The notes beneath the pieces were generated by a model. That model was not told the DNA's origin. It did no database searches and was given only the letters and a program-made list of their open reading frames with translations. The position numbers and the translations under genes are program-made. A stretch of DNA of 64,000 bases, from positions 1 through 64,000 of the forward strand of contig JBCCQY010000012.1 of assembly GCA_039208735.1 (NCBI GenBank). The letters are read 5' to 3'. Positions 9,523 through 19,445 of this stretch are shown here, piece after piece. Position 1 is the first letter of the stretch. Each line of letters starts with the position of its first letter. This DNA is from Myxococcota bacterium. GTDB taxonomy: Bacteria; Myxococcota_A; UBA796; GCA-2862545.

Positions 9523-9941
9523 GACCCCGTGGCTTCAAGGTAGGCACGCAGCGCTTCGCGGGTGGGTTCCTCTTCGCCGTGAAGAGGGATTTTCGTACCG
9601 TCGGCAACCAGCCAGGGCCCGTCGAGTTGGACCGTCTGCGGATAGGCCTGTGGCGGCGCTCCGTTGATGGACCAACCATGGATAGACAGGTCGAGCCGGG
9701 TGAACCGGCGGCCCACCCGGGGCGTCAATCCAAGCATGGCCAGGCCAAGCCCACCCAAGACCACCAGGCCCGGCCAGGCATTTCCGGTCAGCCCAACCCC
9801 CAAGGCCAGTCCCAACACACCGAGCGCGCCCAACGCCACCGCAAGCCGACGTGCCCCGCGGTCATCTTCGAGGCACAACGACGCATGTTCGTCATCCTCG
9901 TGGAGGAGTCGGGGTCTCAATGCGGGAGGAAGCGGCGGCAC
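9516..9941 (-). CDS. Hypothetical two-TM membrane protein
   Basis: Two hydrophobic helices followed by a small soluble domain; fills the gap between + strand genes. Confidence 0.55.
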   Translation of the reverse strand: MPPLPPALRPRLLHEDDEHASLCLEDDRGARRLAVALGALGVLGLALGVGLTGNAWPGLVVLGGLGLAMLGLTPRVGRRFTRLDLSIHGWSINGAPPQAYPQTVQLDGPWLVADGTKIPLHGEEEPTREALRAYLEATGSY

Positions 9942-9991
9942 GTCGCCCCGGTATCGAGATAGAGGCCCCGGCGTTGGAACGAGGGGGGGCC

Positions 9992-11368
9992 GTGCGGATT
10001 CGGGCGATCGTGAGCATGCTGGCGTTCATTGCACTGGGGCTCGGCTTCGTGGCGTTGGCGTTTGCGGCTCAAGTGTGGTGGAGCATGCCCTCCCCGCAAG
10101 GCCGCCTCGTCCGAGGCCCTCACGACCTTGTCGGCGTCTACAGTGGCCGCGCCTACAGCTGGGTGGTGCCGACGGACGACCCAAAGGGGGTGGTGCTCGT
10201 CGACGTGGGCAGCGATGCCCAGGCGAGTCGGATCCTTGCTGAGCTTCGGAAGGGTGAGCGATCGGTGCGGGCGATTCTCATCACCCACGCGCACGGCGAG
10301 CAAGTGGAGGGACTCGCCGCATTTCCAGACGTTCCGGTGTATCTCGGTACCGCAGACCGGGGCTTGCTCGTCGGCGATGTCTCGCCTGAGGGTTGGTTGG
10401 CCCGATTCTACGCCGCTTCGGTTCCGTTGCCGGCCGATCTTCGGCTCATCGAAGCCGAGGAAACGGTCACCATCGAAGGCGCCACGTTCGTGGGCATTCC
10501 CACCCCAGGGCACACCCCCGGCAGTGTCACCTGGTGGTGGCGCGACGTGCTGTTTACGGGAGGATCCTTGATGGCAGCGACGCCCCCGACGCCGTCGCCA
10601 AGCGGGCTCAATGATGACGATGAAGCGGCGTTAGCGAGCGTTGAGAAGTTGCTTCCGCTCGATTTCGATGCCCTGGCCGACGGTCGAACCGGGGTCGTGA
10701 CGACGGCTCGACCGCAGGTGCACTGGATGCTTGGCGCGACCTTGGACCCCCCAACGCGGACCCTGTTGGGGGGAGAACCTACGGGCCCGCCGATGGTCGA
10801 GCGCCGAGGTCTCTACGTCGAGGCCTGGATTCCCGGGTCGGATGGGCATCGGCCGGGTCTTGTCGTGAAGCCTGACGGACGAGCGACGGTGGTGCGAAAC
10901 CCCGCTCTTCCCGAGGACCGCGCCTTCATGGGGCGGCAGGTGGTGGCCCAGGGAACTCCCTTGGGAGAGGACCAGGGCCGCATTGCAAGCGACCATCTGA
11001 CGGAGGTTCAGTTGACCCTTGTCGAGGGTGAAACCCGGGGAGATGGGCGACTCCCGCACGTCACGGACGTCGCCCAACTCGACGCGTTGTTGCATCAGTG
11101 GGTCGTGGTGGAGGGTCGGGTTGTCGATCGGGAGGCGTTTGTGGCGGGTGCCACGTTTGCGCAGGGTCGAATCAAACTCGCTTCCCAGGCCGATGAGGCC
11201 TCGGACGGTTCCGTACCCGTCACGTTGTCGCTGCAGAGCCCCGACCCCCATACCGTCTGGCTCGGTCGCGTCATCAAAGGAGCGAAAGGCCCCGAGGTGG
11301 CGATCGTATATGCGTGTGGTTCCGTCGACGGGTGCCGCGACAACCCGTTCCAAACCGCGCTGCGGTGA
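9992..11368 (+). CDS. MBL-fold metallo-hydrolase-like protein with degenerate metal motifs and C-terminal extension
   Basis: VLVDVG, ILITHAHGEQ, PGHTPG, LFTGG; N-terminal TM. Confidence 0.75.
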   Translation: MRIRAIVSMLAFIALGLGFVALAFAAQVWWSMPSPQGRLVRGPHDLVGVYSGRAYSWVVPTDDPKGVVLVDVGSDAQASRILAELRKGERSVRAILITHAHGEQVEGLAAFPDVPVYLGTADRGLLVGDVSPEGWLARFYAASVPLPADLRLIEAEETVTIEGATFVGIPTPGHTPGSVTWWWRDVLFTGGSLMAATPPTPSPSGLNDDDEAALASVEKLLPLDFDALADGRTGVVTTARPQVHWMLGATLDPPTRTLLGGEPTGPPMVERRGLYVEAWIPGSDGHRPGLVVKPDGRATVVRNPALPEDRAFMGRQVVAQGTPLGEDQGRIASDHLTEVQLTLVEGETRGDGRLPHVTDVAQLDALLHQWVVVEGRVVDREAFVAGATFAQGRIKLASQADEASDGSVPVTLSLQSPDPHTVWLGRVIKGAKGPEVAIVYACGSVDGCRDNPFQTALR

Positions 11369-11401
11369 CATCGCAGTCACGGTCCCCGGGTCTCCCCCAG
11401 G

Positions 11402-11535
11402 TTGTCCACATGGTTTTCCACAGGGTTCCCACAGGGGGACAGGGGACCGGAGATCATCCTCATTGATGAGGTTAGCGAAGCATATTCGCAATCAAGACAG
11501 AAAAAATCAGGACGCGGACTCGCATTGGTTCCACA
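11402..11535 (+). promoter_or_regulatory. Cluster of DnaA-box-like 9-mers (candidate oriC or DnaA-binding locus)
   Basis: TTGTCCACA 11402-11410, TTTTCCACA 11414-11422, GTTCCCACA 11425-11433, GGTTCCACA 11527-11535; AT-richer stretch in between. Confidence 0.5.
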
Positions 11536-11570
11536 GCGAGGTAGGCCCCTCGGCTGTGTGACACCCTAGT

Positions 11571-11589
11571 GACGGAAACCCTTGCCGTC
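11571..11589 (-). terminator. Possible stem-loop directly after the M48 gene stop
   Basis: GACGG-N9-CCGTC; no clear U-tract. Confidence 0.25.
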
Positions 11590-12354
11590 CTACGGAAGCG
11601 TAGCGAGAACCCGGTCCCAATCTGCCGATGTTTTCTTTTCGGTGGGGCAGTTGAGTTCGCCCGCCGTGGCGGTGATGTCTTCTACGCGGTTGTCGGGGGA
11701 GGGGTGCGACGACAGGAACTCGGGGACGCCCACGCCCCCATCTTCTTGGATTTGCCGGAAGAATCCCGCTGCACCGTCCGCGGCATAGGCGCTGTTGCAC
11801 AGGTACCGAACGGAGAAATCGTCAGCGTCGGCTTCGTCGGCACGGCTGAACCGCAGCGATAGCAAGCCTTCGGTGACCTGAGCCAGTGCCCCTCGGTCGT
11901 CCCCCAGCACGACATCCAGCAGCAGGTCGATTCCCAAGTTTTGGGTAAGCTGGTCGGTGCTGTGGCGTCGATCTGCGTGGGCCGCTTCGTGTCCGAGCAC
12001 ACCCACGAAGTGATCTTCGACTGTCAGGTATTCCATGATGCCGGTGTAGATCCAGATGTAGCCCCCGGGTCCGGCGAACGCGTTGAGCGTCTCGTCGTCG
12101 TCGATGAGGTAGATCTCCCAGGCGAACTCATCGCGAAACTGAATATCCTCACTTTCGAGCACGATTCCGAGCATCCGCTCCAGTTCGTCGTACGCTTCAG
12201 GCGCATCCATGCGGTCGACGACGGGGAAGTTCTTCGGATCCGAGTTGATCTGGTCCCGCAACTGCATGCCGAGATCGATGTCGTCCTGAACCGAGAACAG
12301 ATTGAGGCCACAGCCCGTAAGCGAGAGCAGCAGCCAGCTGCGTGCGATGGTCAT
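11590..12354 (-). CDS. M48 family metalloprotease, lipoprotein
   Basis: NAFAGPGG, HEAAH, FSRADEADAD, SSHP; lipobox LTGC. Confidence 0.92.
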   Translation of the reverse strand: MTIARSWLLLSLTGCGLNLFSVQDDIDLGMQLRDQINSDPKNFPVVDRMDAPEAYDELERMLGIVLESEDIQFRDEFAWEIYLIDDDETLNAFAGPGGYIWIYTGIMEYLTVEDHFVGVLGHEAAHADRRHSTDQLTQNLGIDLLLDVVLGDDRGALAQVTEGLLSLRFSRADEADADDFSVRYLCNSAYAADGAAGFFRQIQEDGGVGVPEFLSSHPSPDNRVEDITATAGELNCPTEKKTSADWDRVLATLP

Positions 12355-12488
12355 CAGGGGGCTCCTTCATCAGGGGGATGACCATCCTACCCAGGGGGCC
12401 CGAAGGTGTGAGGGGGACACGAAGGTTGCAACCCGCTCGCGTTCGGCATGGGGAAGGTCTAAGGAGCCCGCCCTACCCGAGGTCTTCG

Positions 12489-13166
12489 ATGGATGCTGCG
12501 TTGGACGCGATGGATGCCCCGCGCACCTTTCACTACGTGTTCGCCCACCGATCGTTACCGATGCTCGCGGCGAAGAACGCACCCCTGCTGCAGGAAGTGC
12601 TCAAGCATGATGGCCGCGCGTTTCTGCGACTGCACTGGAAGGCGACGTGCCGATCGCTTGGGATTGAGCCCCAGCCTTGGGAGGCGATTGGCTACGGACC
12701 GGGCAGTGACGTGATGGGGCGAGTGGGCCTGTCGTACGCAGGTGAGACGCAGATCGCAGGCTACAACGTGGCCTTTGTACAACTCCCGCTCGCGCTTCAG
12801 GTGCGGGAAGCACACTACGTCGCGATTCTGCACGGTGGAACCTCCACCCGCTACATCGCCTGGGAGCGTTCGTTGGATGGAGGCGCTCGCATTGCTGAGT
12901 GGCGGCTGACCCCATCGGGGCCCCGAGGTCGACGCATCGGCCCGGTTTCGCCCGATACGAGCTTCGACGCGTTTGTGGCGGCCCTTCAAGCGTGGGTGGG
13001 AGCCGCGGCCCGGCCTGCGGTGCCCGAGGCGCCCACGCTGCGACCCCGCGTGCGAACGCGCAAGCCACGGCCCGTTTCTCCGGTCGTGACGTCGGCCGAT
13101 GCCGTGCTGGTGAGCGGGCTACTGATTGCGTGGTTCCTCATGATCGTCGTGCTCACGCTGTTATAG
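12489..13166 (+). CDS. Hypothetical protein with C-terminal TM anchor
   Basis: HYVFAHRSLP N-terminal motif, globular region, Pro/Arg linker, terminal TM; 8 bp before mtgA. Confidence 0.65.
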   Translation: MDAALDAMDAPRTFHYVFAHRSLPMLAAKNAPLLQEVLKHDGRAFLRLHWKATCRSLGIEPQPWEAIGYGPGSDVMGRVGLSYAGETQIAGYNVAFVQLPLALQVREAHYVAILHGGTSTRYIAWERSLDGGARIAEWRLTPSGPRGRRIGPVSPDTSFDAFVAALQAWVGAAARPAVPEAPTLRPRVRTRKPRPVSPVVTSADAVLVSGLLIAWFLMIVVLTLL

Positions 13167-13174
13167 CGGGGGCG

Positions 13175-13939
13175 ATGACCGTACCTTGGTGGCTCCCCCA
13201 GCTGGGCCGGGCCTTCGTCGAAACCGGACGGGCGATTGTTCGAGCCTGGCCCTTTGCGATTGGCTTGGGCCTGCTCGGGATGATGGCATCTTCCGTCCTG
13301 CAGGTGATGGTCGTGGGGGTGGTGACGCCGCCCTGGACGCTCACCATGATCGAGCAAGCGCGCGAACTCGACCGGTGGCCCCGTCGTCGCGTGCGTTCGA
13401 TGCGGCGACTGGGTGACCTTGGGCCACGCGCATTTGTTGCGAGCGAAGATGCCAAGTTCTTCCTTCATCACGGGTTTGATTGGGGGGCGATTTGTTCGGT
13501 GGCGACGAGCGGTCAGTCGCGCGGAGCCTCCACCATCTCGCAGCAGGTCGCCAAGAACGTCTTTTTGTGGCAAGCCCGGTCCTACACCCGCAAGTTGATG
13601 GAAGCGTGGTACACCCTTTGGCTCGAAACATTCCTATCGAAGCACCGAATTCTCGAACTCTACATGAACGTTGCGGAAACCGGTCCTGCGGTCTTCGGTC
13701 TTGAAGCCGGGGCCCGCCATCACTTTGGCAAGACCGCGAAGCGTTTGAGCCAGACTGAGGTGGGTCGCATCGCGGGCATCCTGCCCAACCCCAAGCGTTC
13801 CATCGAAGGCAAGAGTGCGTGGAGCCGGGCTCGGTTCATCGCGCGGCATCCGGCACCGTTCCCCGGTGACAAAGGGTTTGGACTGCAGCAGCGTCACTTT
13901 GACGACCAGCCGCACGGGCCTTGGTCCTGCTTCGAGTGA
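13175..13939 (+). CDS. mtgA: Monofunctional biosynthetic peptidoglycan transglycosylase (GT51)
   Basis: ASEDAKF..HHGFD, RGASTISQQVAKN, RKLME, KHRILELYMN. Confidence 0.92.
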   Translation: MTVPWWLPQLGRAFVETGRAIVRAWPFAIGLGLLGMMASSVLQVMVVGVVTPPWTLTMIEQARELDRWPRRRVRSMRRLGDLGPRAFVASEDAKFFLHHGFDWGAICSVATSGQSRGASTISQQVAKNVFLWQARSYTRKLMEAWYTLWLETFLSKHRILELYMNVAETGPAVFGLEAGARHHFGKTAKRLSQTEVGRIAGILPNPKRSIEGKSAWSRARFIARHPAPFPGDKGFGLQQRHFDDQPHGPWSCFE

Positions 13940-13994
13940 AGGTCTGGTTCGCTCCGCCGATGTGACAGCCAATGCGCCTACCGCGGAGACGTTT

Positions 13995-14846
13995 ATGCTG
14001 ACGGCCAATCACGAGTTGCAGGACTGTCTCGACCGGGTGGACCGCCTGGGGGTGTTTCCTGCCGCGGCCGCGAAGATCCTGGAGATGTCGCGACATCCGG
14101 ATGCGACTTTGGATCAACTTGAGAAGGCCGTCGAGATGGATTCGGTGCTTGCCGCACGCATTCTCAAGGTCGCCAACTCGCCATTTTACGTGCGCACGGT
14201 TCGAGTCGGAACACTTCGCCGTGCACTCCAGATGCTGGGCTTTACGGGCACCCGCGACATTGCCATCGCCTTGGCCATCGCATCGGTGAGCCGTGATCGG
14301 CTCCCCGTGGGACAGAGCCTTTGGTACCACGCCATGGCCACCGCTTGGGCCTGCCGGGTGATCGCACGTCACGGCCGCGGACTCGCTGGCGATGCGCTCT
14401 TTGTGGGAGGTATGCTCCACGATCTCGGCCAGCAGTTGCTTCTGGCCATCGAGTCCGACATCACGCACGATCTCATCGCCAAGTACGGCCCGGAGTCCGA
14501 TTCGTATGTCAAGGCCGAACAGGACGTGTTCGGGTTCGACCACTCGAAGTTGGCAGGGGAGTGTTTGCGCCGCTGGAAACTTCCACTTGAGGCGGTCGAA
14601 CTCGTCGAGCGACACCATGAACCGGTCGAGGAGGGTGGGTGTCACTACACCAACCCTCGTGCACGGGCCGTCCTCGCGGTTGCCGATCACATCGCGTATC
14701 CGTTGATCGAAGGCCTGCATCCCGCCGCGCTGTTCGATCGCGCGATGGCTCACCCCGCGGCGCCGACGATGCGCGTGGCGCGCGGCGGGTTGATGGCGGC
14801 GCTCGAAACGTTGGTCGAGCACCGGGACTCCCTCATCCTGGAGTAG
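13995..14846 (+). CDS. HDOD domain protein
   Basis: DSVLAARILKVANSPFY, GMLHDLG, EQDVFGFDH, WKLP, HHEP. Confidence 0.92.
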   Translation: MLTANHELQDCLDRVDRLGVFPAAAAKILEMSRHPDATLDQLEKAVEMDSVLAARILKVANSPFYVRTVRVGTLRRALQMLGFTGTRDIAIALAIASVSRDRLPVGQSLWYHAMATAWACRVIARHGRGLAGDALFVGGMLHDLGQQLLLAIESDITHDLIAKYGPESDSYVKAEQDVFGFDHSKLAGECLRRWKLPLEAVELVERHHEPVEEGGCHYTNPRARAVLAVADHIAYPLIEGLHPAALFDRAMAHPAAPTMRVARGGLMAALETLVEHRDSLILE

Positions 14847-14849
14847 GGA

Positions 14850-17471
14850 TCAGCCTCCCTTCGACCTCTCATCGGCGCGCTTGGCCGACTCAGGAGCGAG
14901 GAACGCTCGCAAGCTGGGCTCGCGGGTCTCCTTGACCCGGATGCAGCGCTCCACACTGGCGCGCGTTTCGGCGAGAATCCGCTCGGTGCCTTGCACCTTG
15001 CGAGCCGGATCGTTGAAGAAGGGCACCGTGCGTTCGAACCGCTCGAGGTCACAGCCCCATCCGGTCCGGGCGAGGTTCATCCTGGCCTGGGGCGGCAAAC
15101 TGCTGGCGACCAGGTCGTAGTGCTTCATCGTCCAGTCGATGAGCCGGTCGTTGAGTGCATCATCATCCTGGGACCGCAGACCGCCGGTGAGTGAAAACCG
15201 CTGGGGTACGGGCAGCTTTTCGTCAAGCAGCCGTTCGAACACGCGATCGTGCACTTCCGGCGAGGCGATGGTGGCCGCGTGGTAAAGGAGCTTGCCCTTC
15301 AACGAACGGTCCTGCACGTCGTCCACGAGCGCAACCATCTTCTCGAACAACGCCAGGTCGCCGTTATCGGTGAGCACCGACAGGGCGTTGTCGATCTGGT
15401 CGAAGGCCACGCTGGTCGGGTCTTCGAGGAACTGCTCTCCCAGCTTCGCCAGAGACCTGCGCAGCTTCTTGTCGCCTGCCTCGGCGAGCATGCCAAGCAA
15501 GCGCTGGCGCAGTTGTCCGACCTCGGCGGTTTCGCCTTCCTCGGGGGTTTCGACCGCATCGAACCAGGGCCGGAAGTGGTTCCGCTGCCACGCAAACCAA
15601 CGGTCGAGCAGGTCCTCGTCCCCGATTTCGCGGAGGATGCCGGTCATATCGGCAGCGTTAATCACGGTCCGCTGGACCGAGAGGTCCGTTTCGTCGGCGA
15701 ACGTCCCCGACGCCGTCAGCACCTCGGCCGCTTCGAGTTCGCCGGACTGAAGGCCGAGGGCCAGCGACATCCAGATTGAACGACGTTCGGCGGCGCTGAG
15801 TTGAGGACGGGCGTCGACAAGCTTCGACATCGCAGCTTCATCGAGGAGCCAAGCCCAATAGCCCACGCCATTGGCCGCAGGGTGAACCCACGTGACGTTC
15901 TCACCGAGGTCGACCGTCGACGTTGTGTTGGTGAGCACGGTCTGGACGATGTCCGAGGTGCCGTCGGCGCGGCCCACCCGCAGGGCGATGGGAAGCGTCC
16001 AGGTCTGCGACGGAAGTTCGACGCCGAGCTGGGCGTAGCGGGCCTGCTCGAGCGAGGCGCTCCCATCGTTGAGCGTCACGCGAAGTTGGGGGGCACCCGA
16101 CCGATCGAGGTAGCCCGACAGGACCGACCCCACGTCCTTGCCCGTGGTTTGTTGGAAGCTCTGCATGAGGTCGCCAAACGTCGCATTGCCCCAACGGTAC
16201 TTGGCTAGGTAGGCGCGCACACTCTTTTGAAACGCTTCGTCCCCGAGCCATTGCTGCGTCATGTCGAGTAGCGCTTCGCCCTTGTTGTAGGCGGCGAAAT
16301 TGGTGGTCTCGAACACGGCCGACGGATCGACTTCGGTGCGGACCGGACGGGCCTCGGCGGTGCCGTCGTAGCTCAGCATGCCTTGCAACCGGCCCACCCG
16401 AGACACGTCTTGGCGTGCGTCGGGGCGCAGGCCATCTAGGGTGAGCACGCCCATCCAAGAAGCGAACGACTCGTTGAGCCACAGATCGTCCCACCAGTCC
16501 AGCGTGACGAGGTTGCCGAACCACATGTGCGCGACTTCGTGGGCCGAAACCTCGATGAGGCGGTGCTCCCGACGGCGGGTTGCCGTGGTGTCGTCGAAAA
16601 ACAGGCTGTCGACGTAGACGATAGCGCCTGGATTCTCCATGGCCCCGTACGCGAACTTCGGCACTCCGATGAGATCCAGCTTGGGGTACGGGTAGGGATC
16701 GCCGAACCAGTTTTCGAGGTAGTCGACGATGGCTGGCAGGTCCTTGGCGGCGCTCGCCGCGATGTTCTCACGGCCGGCCACCGTCCAGACTTTGGAGGGA
16801 ACGCGCATCCCTTCGACCGGGGTTCCGACGTAGGGCCCCACGGCAAGCGCCACCGCGTAGGACGGCATCGGTTCGCTCGTCGCGAAGAAGTCGACCCGCT
16901 GATTCCCTGCGGGACGGGTGCGGACGATCGGCATGTTGCTGATCGCGACCACATCTGCAGGGTGCTGGACGGTGAGCGTCCATGGGATCTTGTAGGACGG
17001 TTCATCGAAACACGGCCAGGCGCTACGGGCCTCGTCGGCCTCGAGTTGGCTCACCACATAGGGCTTACCGTCGTGTTCGAATCGATAAAGGCCGTAACTC
17101 TGTTCGTGGAGCTGCCCTTGGTACTCCAGGGTCAACGCATAGGTGCCGCGACGCAGGGTCCGTTTCGGGGCGAGGCGGAGCCGGTCCGCGCCCTCCTCGG
17201 TGACCTTCACGGAGTAGTTCCGAGTGCCGGTAGGCGAAGCGGTGCGCCGGAGCGAGGCCTTCTTCACAATGAGGCCTTCGCCGTGCAGCGGTATGTCTGC
17301 CACCTTGTCGCCAGGGGCGATCTCAAACGTGATCGTCGTGGTCGCATCGAACGTGGGCTTTGCCGGATCGATGGCCAGGACGATGTCTTGCGCGGTCGGC
17401 TGGACGACCGTTTCCAACCGGTCGCCAGCATTGGCCGACGACCCCAAATACAAGAGCGTGGTGATGAGCAT
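14850..17471 (-). CDS. M1 family aminopeptidase with ERAP1-like C-terminal domain, secreted
   Basis: GAMEN, HEVAHMWFGNLVT..WW..LWLNE, YNKG; signal-like N-terminus. Confidence 0.95.
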   Translation of the reverse strand: MLITTLLYLGSSANAGDRLETVVQPTAQDIVLAIDPAKPTFDATTTITFEIAPGDKVADIPLHGEGLIVKKASLRRTASPTGTRNYSVKVTEEGADRLRLAPKRTLRRGTYALTLEYQGQLHEQSYGLYRFEHDGKPYVVSQLEADEARSAWPCFDEPSYKIPWTLTVQHPADVVAISNMPIVRTRPAGNQRVDFFATSEPMPSYAVALAVGPYVGTPVEGMRVPSKVWTVAGRENIAASAAKDLPAIVDYLENWFGDPYPYPKLDLIGVPKFAYGAMENPGAIVYVDSLFFDDTTATRRREHRLIEVSAHEVAHMWFGNLVTLDWWDDLWLNESFASWMGVLTLDGLRPDARQDVSRVGRLQGMLSYDGTAEARPVRTEVDPSAVFETTNFAAYNKGEALLDMTQQWLGDEAFQKSVRAYLAKYRWGNATFGDLMQSFQQTTGKDVGSVLSGYLDRSGAPQLRVTLNDGSASLEQARYAQLGVELPSQTWTLPIALRVGRADGTSDIVQTVLTNTTSTVDLGENVTWVHPAANGVGYWAWLLDEAAMSKLVDARPQLSAAERRSIWMSLALGLQSGELEAAEVLTASGTFADETDLSVQRTVINAADMTGILREIGDEDLLDRWFAWQRNHFRPWFDAVETPEEGETAEVGQLRQRLLGMLAEAGDKKLRRSLAKLGEQFLEDPTSVAFDQIDNALSVLTDNGDLALFEKMVALVDDVQDRSLKGKLLYHAATIASPEVHDRVFERLLDEKLPVPQRFSLTGGLRSQDDDALNDRLIDWTMKHYDLVASSLPPQARMNLARTGWGCDLERFERTVPFFNDPARKVQGTERILAETRASVERCIRVKETREPSLRAFLAPESAKRADERSKGG

Positions 17472-17512
17472 GGGCGCTGGGTATCCCTCGGTTCACGTGC
17501 TTGGAGGGCAGG

Positions 17513-18016
17513 ATGATACAGCCGTTCGAGGACTCAGTGCCGCACCTCGAACCCGGGTCCTGGGCTCATGAGTCAGCGGTGTTAATCGGCGACGTCCACC
17601 TCGCTTCAGGCGCGAGTGTCTGGCCCACCGCGGTGCTTCGGGGCGACATGGGACCGGTCCGAATCGGCCCCGATTCCAACGTCCAAGATGGGACGATTTG
17701 CCACGATACGACGAATCTTTCCGAGACTATTGTCGGGGCTCGTGTGACAATCGGGCACCGCGTAGTGTTGCACGGTTGTCGCATCGAAGATGACTGCCTC
17801 ATCGGGATGGGAGCCATCGTCATGGACAACGTCGTCGTAGGGCGAGGCAGCTTCGTGGCGGCGGGAACGCTGATCCCTCCGGGCCGGAACGTTCCTCCCG
17901 GCTCATTCGTTAGGGGATTTCCCGGTAAGGTCGTGCGACCGGTGGGGGAACGCGAAACCGCGATGATCGAGGCAGGGTGGCGCTCCTACCAGAAGAAGCT
18001 TGCGAGCTGGCTTTAA
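17513..18016 (+). CDS. Gamma carbonic anhydrase family protein
   Basis: VLRGD, SNVQDG, TIGH..LHGC, hexapeptide repeats. Confidence 0.93.
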   Translation: MIQPFEDSVPHLEPGSWAHESAVLIGDVHLASGASVWPTAVLRGDMGPVRIGPDSNVQDGTICHDTTNLSETIVGARVTIGHRVVLHGCRIEDDCLIGMGAIVMDNVVVGRGSFVAAGTLIPPGRNVPPGSFVRGFPGKVVRPVGERETAMIEAGWRSYQKKLASWL

Positions 18017-18023
18017 GCTCCGT

Positions 18024-19382
18024 TTAGGGGCTGCGCGTCCAGCTGTCGGCGGCGGGGTTCCACGAAAGCCAGCCGGGCACGCCCTCGACCACTTTTACTT
18101 GGGTCTTCGACGAGACGTCGTCGATGCGCATCTCGATGATGTGACTTCCGGCCGGCATCTCGAAGTTGTCGAACGGGGTTTTACCGAGCCACATCTCATC
18201 GATCCAGATCTCGGCGCCGGGTGGTTCCGACCGGAAATCCCAGGTGCTGGCGTTGGCCTCGCGACCAAACCATGAGCCAGGATCAAACGGCCAACTGGCG
18301 CGCTCCGCGGCTTCGACCCACGCGGCCGAGCCCAGCATGCCCACCACGGCGACGGCGGAAAGCAGCAGCAGCAAGTTCACCACGGTCAACGTGGCGAGCA
18401 CGGTGGTGTTCCGTGTGCTGCGGGGAGGGGCCGGAGCGGGATCGTCCGGCGACGGCGAGGCATCGCCCGCCACGGCGGTGAGAATCTGGCCGCACAAGGG
18501 GTCGTCGCTGGAACCGATGCGGTGCGGAACCTGCGTTTCGGCCCACTCTCGAAGGGTCGGGCCTTCCATGCGGCGGGTGAGATCGCGGCAGAGCGATTCC
18601 ACGTCGCGCAGGGTGGGCCTATCGAGGGGGTCCGTGATCGACATGCGCACGGCCAGGTCTAAGGCGGCTCGTTCGGCGCCACGGGTGCGGGCTAACGCCT
18701 CGTCCATGACCTGCCGATCCGTTGGGCCACCGGTGACGAGCTTGTAAAGCACCATGCCGAGCGAGAACACATCGGCCGCGGGGGTTTCAATGCCTTGCAA
18801 ACGCTCGGGCGCGATGTAGCCGTAGGTGCCCTGGATGGCGTGGGTCGTATGGGCCTCACGGGCGGCAAACCGCGCCCGGGCCACCCCGAAATCGAGAAGC
18901 TTGACCTCTCCGCTTCGGGTGAGCTGAATGTTGCCTGGCTTGATGTCGCGGTGGATCAGCTGAAGCGGGCGGTCGTGAGGACCGCGTTGGTGGAACAGGT
19001 GATCGAGCGCACGCGCAACCTCCTGGACCACCTCGAGCGCGACGCGAGGCGGGAAGGGCCCTCGGTGGCGCACAAGCGCCCGACAACTGGCTCCGGGCAC
19101 GTACTCCATGACGATCGCCCAAAAGCCGGCGATCTTCATGGGTGGTTCGACCGAGATGACGGCACGATCCCGGACGAGACCCAGAATTCGGGACTCATCA
19201 CGGAACCGCTGCAGCACTTCGGGAGTGGGGTGACGGTCCGTCAGCAGCTTGATCGCCACGTCCTTGACAAACCCCACCGGGCCTTCGAGCCGTGCCCGGT
19301 AGACCTTGCCAAACCCCCCTCGACCGAGGAGTTCCATAATTCGGTAGGACCGAAGGTCCGTGCGGGGAGAGATGGCGGACAC
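18024..19382 (-). CDS. Ser/Thr protein kinase with TM and PEGA domain
   Basis: GRGGFG, VAIK, HRDIKPGN, DFG, APE; PEGA 'SEPPGAEIWID...LGKTP'. Confidence 0.93.
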   Translation of the reverse strand: MSAISPRTDLRSYRIMELLGRGGFGKVYRARLEGPVGFVKDVAIKLLTDRHPTPEVLQRFRDESRILGLVRDRAVISVEPPMKIAGFWAIVMEYVPGASCRALVRHRGPFPPRVALEVVQEVARALDHLFHQRGPHDRPLQLIHRDIKPGNIQLTRSGEVKLLDFGVARARFAAREAHTTHAIQGTYGYIAPERLQGIETPAADVFSLGMVLYKLVTGGPTDRQVMDEALARTRGAERAALDLAVRMSITDPLDRPTLRDVESLCRDLTRRMEGPTLREWAETQVPHRIGSSDDPLCGQILTAVAGDASPSPDDPAPAPPRSTRNTTVLATLTVVNLLLLLSAVAVVGMLGSAAWVEAAERASWPFDPGSWFGREANASTWDFRSEPPGAEIWIDEMWLGKTPFDNFEMPAGSHIIEMRIDDVSSKTQVKVVEGVPGWLSWNPAADSWTRSP

Positions 19383-19445
19383 CGTTGCAGGATACCCCGT
19401 ACAGCAAGGTGTGGGTGGGGTGTGCGGCGACGATCCGCCACCGCA

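Noticed and set aside
11365..11380. GTGAC-N6-GTCAC inverted repeat as a CRP/FNR site
   Set aside because: Spacing between the GTGA and TCAC half-sites is 8, not 6, and it lies at a gene 3' end.
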